A stretch of 29,796 nt of DNA, from positions 1 through 29,796 of the forward strand of contig CAZUFQ010000003.1 of NCBI GenBank assembly GCA_964618735.1, read 5' to 3'. Below, piece after piece: positions 23,030 to 29,796 of the stretch. The notes beneath the pieces were generated by a model. That model did no database searches. It saw only the letters and a list, made by a program, of their open reading frames with translations, and was not told the origin of the DNA. The translations under genes and the position numbers were made by a program. Origin of the DNA: an uncultured Enterobacteriaceae bacterium. GTDB taxonomy: Bacteria; Desulfobacterota; Binatia; Bin18. How positions within the stretch are numbered: the first letter of the stretch is position 1; each line of letters opens with the position of its first letter.

Positions 23030-23332
23030 ATGGCTGTGCCAAATCTAGTTGATAGAGTACAGGTGCAAAAGCTTCTCGACGAACGAGCACAGCTTATCGA
23101 AGTGCTCCCTGCTAAGGAGTATGAAAAAGAACATCTTCCTAAGGCGAGAAATATACCCCTTGCGCGTCTCACCCAGCAGACCACGGCAGTGCTTCAACGA
23201 AATCAACCGCTCATCGTCTACTGTTATGACGCCCAGTGAGACCTGAGCGCCCGGGCCGCGGGTCGGCTCGAGACGTATGGTTTTACTCAGGTCTTTCGCT
23301 ACCTCTTAGGCAAAGCAGTTTCATCTTTGTAG
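23030..23332 (+). CDS. Rhodanese-like protein, probable selenoprotein (UGA at 23237-23239 read as Sec70; CxxxxU)
   Basis: LIEVLPAKEYEKEHLPKARNIPL...PLIVYCYDAQ-[TGA]-DLSARAAGRLETYGFTQVFRYLLGKAVSSL-TAG. The sequence after the UGA supplies the S..AA..L...GF..V..L.GG-type C-terminal half of the rhodanese fold. Confidence 0.75.
23245..23269 (+). promoter_or_regulatory. Candidate bacterial SECIS hairpin
   Basis: Folded by hand: GAGC(23245-48)/GCTC(23266-69), a G-C pair, a bulged U, CCCG/CGGG, and apical loop GGCCG starting 15 nt after the UGA. Confidence 0.55.
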
Positions 23333-23586
23333 GGGCCACGCGGAAAACTGGGATCACATGCCGTGAGAAAGGCGAACGATAAAATGTAAGGAAAAAGCTA
23401 CACCTTTGTCGAGAAAGCAGAGACGGCTACGGATTCGTTGGAGAAAAAGAAATTTCTGTATCAGGTAGTGACTCATCGATTAGCCGGCAAGCAATCTTTG
23501 CAGCGCGCCCACAGCGGCGAACGCCGCGATAAATTTTTCGGACAATTTACAAGCAAGGAATTTCCCTTCCAAGAGCGCTCTATTTC

Positions 23587-23602
23587 TGGCACTGCTCTTG
23601 CT
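23587..23602 (+). promoter_or_regulatory. Sigma-54 promoter for DUF748-xfp-ackA-PLD
   Basis: Perfect TGGCAC-TGCTC-TTGCT, 30 bp upstream of the ATG at 23633. This also shows that the ORF-track start at 23438 is too far upstream. Confidence 0.85.
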
Positions 23603-23632
23603 CCTTCTATACGCCGAAGTAAGGAAAGCGTT

Positions 23633-25300
23633 ATGAGCAGACGTTGGACGTGGATTACTGCATCCTTTGCTATCCTTGTCGCCCTTCTGGTGGCTGCGAG
23701 CCTGCTTATTGACGGACCGCTCCGTGGTATTATGGAGCGCAGGCTCAACGCGAATCTCCAAGGATATACGGCTCGCCTCGGCGCGGTAGATCTTCATATG
23801 CTCGGCTTTGCTCTCGATTTGGAGGATTTGGTGATCGTGCAGAACGCCAATTCTAAACCTCCAGTTCTTTCTATTCCCAAGCTCAGCGCGAGTGTGCAAT
23901 GGCGCGCCCTCTTTGCCGGCCGACTCGTCGCTGATTTTCTCCTGGACCGGCCAGCTCTCTACATTAACCATAAACAAACCAAGAAAGAGATGGAGGACAA
24001 GGTCCCAGTGCAAGACCGGGGGTGGCAACGGGCGCTCGAATCGATCTATCCCTTAAAGATCAACGAGTTCAAGATTAAGGATGGTTCAGTCACGTATGTA
24101 GATGAGGGTCCCTTCCCGCCATTACAGATCAGTCAGCTCTATTTCCGGGCTGGAAACATTCGTAATGTGTGGTCGCCCGAGAATGTCTACCCCTCTGATC
24201 TGTATCTCGAAGGTCGAGTTTTTGATGAAGGACGGCTGCTGCTCGATGGGAATGCGAATTTTCTCGCCGAACCGCAAGTGGCGCTCAAGGTCCAATTAAC
24301 CTTAGTTAAAATTGCGTTAAATTATTTCCGTCCGCTTCTCGCACGTCACAATATCACGTTGCGGAATGGTACACTGACCGGAACCGGACACATGGAGTAT
24401 GCGTCTAACATCAAGTTCATCGATCTGCAAAATTTAACTATTCAAGGCGTACAATTGACTTATACCCACACGAAGCAGAGTACTCCTACGGAAAAGCAGG
24501 TCGCGCAGAAAACCGTCGAGGCGGCACAGCAAGTTAATAATAACCCCGAGATATCGGTACGCGCCGATCAGATTGACATTATCAAAAGCACCTTTGCTCT
24601 TGAGGATAAAGAGGTCAACCCTCCCTACCGTGTTTTCTTTGAAGACGCCGAGCTTCACTTGAATAACTTCACGAATCATCTGACTGAAGGGACCATGGTG
24701 GGAAAACTCACTGGGGAATTTATGGGCTGGGGCGACACCGCAATTGGCATGACGTTCCGACCCGAGACCAATGGACCAGATTTTGATATGGCCGTGCGTA
24801 TCGAGCCCACACCGATGCGCGCACTCAATGATCTCTGGCGGGCCTACGGGAACTTTGATGTCGTCGGCGGCCTCTTCTCACTCTATACAGAACTCAAGGT
24901 GAAGAACGGCGAGGTCTCTGGTTATATCAAGCCGCTTTTCAAAGACATTGACGCCCTTGATAGGCGTCAGGATAAAAATAAAGGAGTTTTTCAAAAAGTC
25001 TACGAGGGACTGATTGGCGGCATCTCGTGGATATTGGAAAACCGACCTCGCAGTGAAGTAGCGACGGTGGCTACGATCTCCGGAAAACTTGAGAATCCCA
25101 AGACTAGCACCTGGGAAGCCGTCTTCGGACTCATTCAAAACGCTTTTTTTAAGTCCATTTTGCCAGGATTTCTAAGATCTACAGGGCAGCCCAATACTCT
25201 AGAGCAGGCAAGTAATACCCCAGAGCATCCGAGCAACGACGAGACGATGCGTAAGGCGCGGGAGATGGCCAAGACGGCCAAGAAGCAACCGGAGCAATAA
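23633..25300 (+). CDS. DUF748 (AsmA-like) domain protein with N-terminal membrane anchor (555 aa)
   Basis: TM helix after MSRRW; beta-rich repeats; [52 protein letters not shown]. Confidence 0.8.
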   Translation: MSRRWTWITASFAILVALLVAASLLIDGPLRGIMERRLNANLQGYTARLGAVDLHMLGFALDLEDLVIVQNANSKPPVLSIPKLSASVQWRALFAGRLVADFLLDRPALYINHKQTKKEMEDKVPVQDRGWQRALESIYPLKINEFKIKDGSVTYVDEGPFPPLQISQLYFRAGNIRNVWSPENVYPSDLYLEGRVFDEGRLLLDGNANFLAEPQVALKVQLTLVKIALNYFRPLLARHNITLRNGTLTGTGHMEYASNIKFIDLQNLTIQGVQLTYTHTKQSTPTEKQVAQKTVEAAQQVNNNPEISVRADQIDIIKSTFALEDKEVNPPYRVFFEDAELHLNNFTNHLTEGTMVGKLTGEFMGWGDTAIGMTFRPETNGPDFDMAVRIEPTPMRALNDLWRAYGNFDVVGGLFSLYTELKVKNGEVSGYIKPLFKDIDALDRRQDKNKGVFQKVYEGLIGGISWILENRPRSEVATVATISGKLENPKTSTWEAVFGLIQNAFFKSILPGFLRSTGQPNTLEQASNTPEHPSNDETMRKAREMAKTAKKQPEQ

Positions 25301-25362
25301 ACATAACTTCCTGGTGGCGCCGCGGACAGAATGAGAAGGGTGCGAAGAAGAGGAAGACCCAT

Positions 25363-27729
25363 ATGGCGAATACGCTGTCGCTACATGAGATGAACGCCAT
25401 TGACGCCTACTGGCGGGCGGCGAATTATCTATCAGTCGGACAAATCTATCTCTTGGAGAACCCTCTTCTTAAGGAGCCTCTCCAACTAGCCCATATCAAG
25501 CCGCGGCTGCTCGGACACTGGGGCACGACTCCCGGCCTGAACTTTATCTACGTCCACCTTAACCGTGTCATCAAGAAGTTTAACGTCAACGTCATTTATA
25601 TTACTGGCCCCGGTCACGGCGGGCCTGGGATAGTGGCCAATGTCTATCTGGAGGGGACCTACAGCGAGGTGTACCCCAATATCACACAAGATGCAGATGG
25701 AATGCGGAAACTCTTTAAACAGTTCTCCTTTCCGGGCGGTATACCGAGTCATGTCGCACCCGAGACTCCGGGCTCTATCAATGAAGGGGGAGAACTCGGC
25801 TATGCTCTTTCCCACGCTTACGGCGCGGCGTTTGACAATCCCGACCTCATTGTGGCCTGCGTGGTTGGCGACGGCGAGGCTGAGACTGGTCCGCTAGCCA
25901 CCTCATGGCATTCTAACAAATTCCTTAACCCTATTAGCGACGGAGCGGTGCTGCCGATTCTCCACCTCAATGGCTACAAAATCGCCAACCCAACAGTGCT
26001 CGCGCGAATCAGCCATGAAGAACTCGAGAGTCTTTTTCGCGGTTACGGGTACACGCCTTATTTTATCGAAGGGGACGATCCCGCAGTCATGCATCAGTTG
26101 ATGGCGTCTACCCTGGACGCTGTGCTTACTGAGATCCGTGCGATCCAGAGTAAAGCCCGAACAGAAAAAAACCCTACCCGTCCCCGCTGGCCGATGATTA
26201 TTTTGCGCACCCCCAAAGGCTGGACCGGGCCGCGCACGGTCGATGGCGAGAAGACCGAAGGGTATTGGCGGTCGCATCAGGTGCCAATGGCGGAAATGGC
26301 GACGAAGCCTGAGCACGTCAAGTTGCTCGAAGCCTGGATGAAAAGTTACAAACCAGAGGAACTTTTCGATAAGACCGGAAAGCTGCAGCCGGAGTTGGCG
26401 GCGCTCGCCCCCACGGGGCCATACCGTATGGGCGCTAACCCTCATGCGAACGGCGGCATGCTGCTTAGAGACTTACGTATGCCCGACTTTGGCGCCTACG
26501 CCGTTGCTGTCCCTGACCCCGGCGCCGTGAACGCCGAAGCAACACGAGTGCTCGGGGGCTTCCTGCGCGACGTGATGCGCCTCAACCTGGAGTCCCGCAA
26601 CTTTCGGGTGATGAGCCCGGATGAGCTGACCTCGAATCGACTCGGCGCTTTATTGGATGTGACGGATCGAGCCTGGATGGCCGAGACGCTGCCGGAGGAC
26701 GATCATCTGGCCTCAAATGGCAGAGTGATGGAGATCCTAAGTGAGCACACGTGCCAGGGCTGGCTTGAAGGCTATCTCCTTACCGGTCGCCACGGTCTCT
26801 TTGCAACCTATGAGGCTTTTGTCCATATAGTAGATTCGATGTTTAATCAGCACGCGAAATGGCTTAAGGTCACGACTGAAGACCTGCCGTGGCGGGCGCC
26901 TATCGCGTCGCTTAATTATTTGTTGTCGTCGCACGTCTGGCGGCAGGATCATAACGGGTTCTCCCACCAGGACCCCGGCTTTATCGATCATGCTGTCAAT
27001 AAGAAGGCGAGTGTCATTCGTGTCTACCTTCCGCCTGACGCCAACACCCTTCTTTCCGTCGCTGATCACTGCCTGCGCAGTCGTAACTACGTCAACATCA
27101 TCGTGGCGGGAAAACAGCCGGCGCTGCAGTATCTCGACATCGACGCCGCAGTGAAACACTGCACGGCCGGGATCGGAATCTGGGAATGGGCGAGTAATGA
27201 TAATGGCGCCGACCCCGACGTGGTGATGGCTTGCGCTGGCGATATCCCGACGTTAGAGACCCTCGCGGCAGTGTCTCTTCTTCGAGATTACTTTCCTGAC
27301 CTTAAAGTGCGTGTCATCAACGTGGTTGACCTGATGAAACTCCAACCTCAAGAAGAGCATCCACACGGCCTGTCACATCAGGACTTCGACACTCTTTTTA
27401 CCACAGACAGGCCCGTGATTTTTGCCTATCATGGGTACCCCTGGCTCATTCACCGTCTTACGTATCGTCGGACGAATCACGACAATCTCCACGTCCGCGG
27501 CTACAAAGAAGAAGGTACGACGACCACACCTTTTGACATGGTGGTCCGCAACGATATCGATCGCTTCCATCTAGTGGCTGAGGTGATCAATCGGACGCCA
27601 AAACTTGGATCCCGTGCGGCCTATGTCAAGCAAGCGCTCCAGGACAAGCTTATCGAACACCACGAGTACATCACCAAACACGGTGATGATTTACCGGAAG
27701 TCCGCAATTGGCAATGGCGCAAGATGTGA
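25363..27729 (+). CDS. xfp: Phosphoketolase (xylulose-5-P/fructose-6-P)
   Basis: [25 protein letters not shown]-binding GDGEAETG...[39 protein letters not shown]. Confidence 0.97.
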   Translation: MANTLSLHEMNAIDAYWRAANYLSVGQIYLLENPLLKEPLQLAHIKPRLLGHWGTTPGLNFIYVHLNRVIKKFNVNVIYITGPGHGGPGIVANVYLEGTYSEVYPNITQDADGMRKLFKQFSFPGGIPSHVAPETPGSINEGGELGYALSHAYGAAFDNPDLIVACVVGDGEAETGPLATSWHSNKFLNPISDGAVLPILHLNGYKIANPTVLARISHEELESLFRGYGYTPYFIEGDDPAVMHQLMASTLDAVLTEIRAIQSKARTEKNPTRPRWPMIILRTPKGWTGPRTVDGEKTEGYWRSHQVPMAEMATKPEHVKLLEAWMKSYKPEELFDKTGKLQPELAALAPTGPYRMGANPHANGGMLLRDLRMPDFGAYAVAVPDPGAVNAEATRVLGGFLRDVMRLNLESRNFRVMSPDELTSNRLGALLDVTDRAWMAETLPEDDHLASNGRVMEILSEHTCQGWLEGYLLTGRHGLFATYEAFVHIVDSMFNQHAKWLKVTTEDLPWRAPIASLNYLLSSHVWRQDHNGFSHQDPGFIDHAVNKKASVIRVYLPPDANTLLSVADHCLRSRNYVNIIVAGKQPALQYLDIDAAVKHCTAGIGIWEWASNDNGADPDVVMACAGDIPTLETLAAVSLLRDYFPDLKVRVINVVDLMKLQPQEEHPHGLSHQDFDTLFTTDRPVIFAYHGYPWLIHRLTYRRTNHDNLHVRGYKEEGTTTTPFDMVVRNDIDRFHLVAEVINRTPKLGSRAAYVKQALQDKLIEHHEYITKHGDDLPEVRNWQWRKM

Positions 27730-27761
27730 AGAAGACAACGCGCGGCGAACGGAGAAGGACT

Positions 27762-28964
27762 ATGAGTAGCGTGTCGGCAACGCCTGCGATCCTCTGCTTG
27801 AATAGCGGCTCCTCATCCCTGAAATTCGCTCTCTATCAATGCAGTGACAAGGCGGAGACGCCGCTCGCGGTAGGAGCGGCCGAGCGTATCGGTCTCACAG
27901 GCGGCCGGTTGTGGATTCGTGGTCGAGACACGTCCACACGAAAAGAATCGCACGAAGATTTTCCTAACCAGCAAACGGCTGTACAGGCGGCCTTTACAGC
28001 TCTTGAGCGGGCGTCCCTACCGCAACCAGCGGTGGTCGGGCACCGCTTAGTTCATGGAGGCGCCAGTCACAGCGCCCCGGAACGTGTGACGCCGGAGCTC
28101 ATGGCCTCTTTACGTCGTCTGGTCCCGTTTGCCCCATTGCATCTGCCCGGCGAACTTGAGGGTATCGACGCGGTCGCAGCTCACTATCCCAACTTGCCCC
28201 AAGTTGTCTGTTTCGACACTGCCTTCCATCGGCGTATGCCGCAGATTGCGCAGCGTTTCCCTTTACCCCGGTCTCTCTGGGACGAGGGCGTTCGTCGCTA
28301 CGGCTTCCACGGTTTGTCTTACGAGTACATCGTGGAAACCTTGGGAACCGCGTCCGGTCGCACGATCATTGCCCATCTGGGCAACGGGGCAAGCCTGGCG
28401 GCGGTGCGAGACGGGCAGCCGCTTGATACAACCATGGGCTTCACCCCGGCGGGCGGCCTTATGATGGGCGCCCGCAGCGGTGATCTTGATCCGGGAGTGC
28501 TTCTCTACCTCATGGACGAGAAACACTATGCTGCGCGGCAGCTCGACCACCTCATCAACTATGAGGCTGGATTGCTCGGGGTGTCTGGTGTGAGTTCAGA
28601 CATGGAGACTTTGCTCGAGCGACGAGCCCTTGATTCTCATGCAGCTGAGGCGGTGGAGTTATTCTGCTACCAGCTGCGCAAACATATCGGAGCTCTTACG
28701 GCTGTCCTTGGGGGTCTCGATACGCTTGTCTTTACTGGGGGAATTGGGGAGCATGCCGCCCCGGTGCGCTGGGAAGTGTGCGCCGGGTTAACGTATCTGG
28801 GGGTGCAGCTTGATAGCCAGCGCAACACGGCTCAGGCTGATCCGATCAGTACGCCACAGAGTTCCTGCGCGGTGCGCGTCATTCCGACTAACGAAGATCT
28901 CATGATCGCTCGTCATACGCGCGCGGTCATTGTTCCTCGCGGCCCCAAATCTATACAGGAGTGA
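27762..28964 (+). CDS. ackA: Acetate kinase
   Basis: LNSGSSSLKF, GHRLVHGG, APLH, FDTAFH, RYGFHGLSY, HLGNGAS, MGFTP..G..MG.RSGDLDPG, FTGGIGE. The start is placed at MSSVSA (GGAGAAGGA RBS). Confidence 0.96.
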   Translation: MSSVSATPAILCLNSGSSSLKFALYQCSDKAETPLAVGAAERIGLTGGRLWIRGRDTSTRKESHEDFPNQQTAVQAAFTALERASLPQPAVVGHRLVHGGASHSAPERVTPELMASLRRLVPFAPLHLPGELEGIDAVAAHYPNLPQVVCFDTAFHRRMPQIAQRFPLPRSLWDEGVRRYGFHGLSYEYIVETLGTASGRTIIAHLGNGASLAAVRDGQPLDTTMGFTPAGGLMMGARSGDLDPGVLLYLMDEKHYAARQLDHLINYEAGLLGVSGVSSDMETLLERRALDSHAAEAVELFCYQLRKHIGALTAVLGGLDTLVFTGGIGEHAAPVRWEVCAGLTYLGVQLDSQRNTAQADPISTPQSSCAVRVIPTNEDLMIARHTRAVIVPRGPKSIQE

Positions 28965-28970
28965 ATAGTT

Positions 28971-29796
28971 CTGAAGCCTATCCTCACACCCGGCTCCAAT
29001 TGTTGGAGCATGCAGGAAGTCCAGGAGACCGGACTGCTTATTGATGGCCGCGATTACTATCGGGCGTTTTATCATGCTGCCCGTATGGCCCAGCGCTATA
29101 TTCTCATCGCTGGATGGCAATTTGACAGCACCGTACGCCTCCTGCGCGGGGAAGATGTAGAAGAAGGCAACGACGAGGTTTGTTTTCTGCCGTTTCTTGA
29201 CGGTCTTTGCAAGAAAAATCCTGAATTACGCGTGTACATTCTGGCGTGGGATTTCCATTTGATCTACGCGCTGGAGCGCGAGTGGTGGCAGAGGTACATT
29301 TTCAAATGGACTACCAATAGACAGATGCAGTTTCATTTCGATAATTGCCATCCGTTAGGCGCCAGTCATCATCAAAAATTCGTCGTTATCGATAGGCACA
29401 TCGCGTTTGTCGGAGGGGCGGATATTTGCGCCAGCCGATGGGATGACCGTGATCACCGAGTCATGCATCCCGAACGCCTCGGGGAAGGGGACACCAAACC
29501 GTACGGTCCGTATCACGAGATTCAATCATACCACGTTGGCCCGGTTGCTCAGCAGTTAACTGAATTATTTGCCATGCGCTGGCGGCAATCTGGGGGCGCG
29601 ACGCTTGAGCTTTTCCCATCGCCGCCTGTGTGTCGCACGTTAATGAAGCCTACTGTTGCGATAGCTGCTGCCCAGGTGGCGCTCAGCCGTACACATCCGC
29701 CTATGCTCTTCCCTCCTCAAGCTGGCGTCCATGAGATCTCCCACCTTTATCTCGATGCTATCGCCGCGGCTGACAAAATTATCTATATTGAAAACC
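28971..29796 (+). CDS. Phospholipase D family protein, 3'-truncated by the window edge; start codon uncertain
   Basis: ILTPGSNCW...LLIDGRDYYRAF...YILIAGWQFDS, LRVYILAWDF, HKD motif HHQKFVVID, GGADICASRWD. It is missing from the ORF track because there is no stop codon in the window. Confidence 0.88.
   Translation, partial: MKPILTPGSNCWSMQEVQETGLLIDGRDYYRAFYHAARMAQRYILIAGWQFDSTVRLLRGEDVEEGNDEVCFLPFLDGLCKKNPELRVYILAWDFHLIYALEREWWQRYIFKWTTNRQMQFHFDNCHPLGASHHQKFVVIDRHIAFVGGADICASRWDDRDHRVMHPERLGEGDTKPYGPYHEIQSYHVGPVAQQLTELFAMRWRQSGGATLELFPSPPVCRTLMKPTVAIAAAQVALSRTHPPMLFPPQAGVHEISHLYLDAIAAADKIIYIEN

Noticed and set aside
23438-23632. Long N-terminal extensions in the ORF track (DUF748 from 23438; also cupin 1890, EEP 6011, yeaH 7573, 17566, 22558, 22580, ackA 27708)
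   Set aside because: Downstream starts have better RBSs (EEP excepted), and several extensions run through promoters, MITE DNA or the neighbouring gene.
28962-29000. Selenocysteine read-through of the ackA UGA into the PLD
   Set aside because: No hairpin is evident after the UGA, AckA is complete at that point, and the position is not Cys-like.
1-29796. Many short ORF-track entries antisense to or out of frame with the called genes (e.g. 1956-2258, 2337-2981, 6215-6643, 7121-9611 on +, 19678-20265, 25486-27570 on -)
   Set aside because: They are shadow ORFs over genes with strong family motifs, with no motifs or RBS of their own.
1-29796. CRISPR array, tRNA (including selC), rRNA, transposase or integrase
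   Set aside because: No regularly spaced repeat-spacer units, cloverleaf or rRNA-like sequence seen by eye; the tandem repeats are intragenic coding repeats; no transposase motifs.

Overview
A bacterial general-stress/dormancy-type gene island with about 26 CDS. It carries: GH15, GT4 and glycogen-debranching-like carbohydrate enzymes; YsnF/AvaK (DUF2382) and YflT-like stress proteins; DUF4142 and a DPS-like/bacterioferritin-like protein; prkA-yeaH; YihY; an EEP hydrolase; two phospholipase D/cardiolipin-synthase genes; small secreted proteins; DUF748; and phosphoketolase plus acetate kinase. Three layers are invisible in the ORF track. (1) The 69-aa rhodanese ORF ends at a UGA that sits at a Cys-equivalent position; rhodanese-like sequence continues in frame and a SECIS-like hairpin follows, so it is probably a 100-aa CxxxxU selenoprotein. 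(2) Eleven good, and one weak, sigma-54 (-24/-12) promoter matches lie upstream of and pointing at start codons; ten of them form five divergent pairs, and no activator is encoded in the window. (3) Two copies of a ~200-bp TATAG-ended MITE-like element carry REP palindromes; one copy holds a nested 99-bp MITE with a 9-bp target duplication. There is also a frameshifted DUF5132 copy and a terminal PLD gene with no canonical start. I saw no rRNA, tRNA, CRISPR array or transposase. All family assignments come from motif recognition by eye, not database searches.
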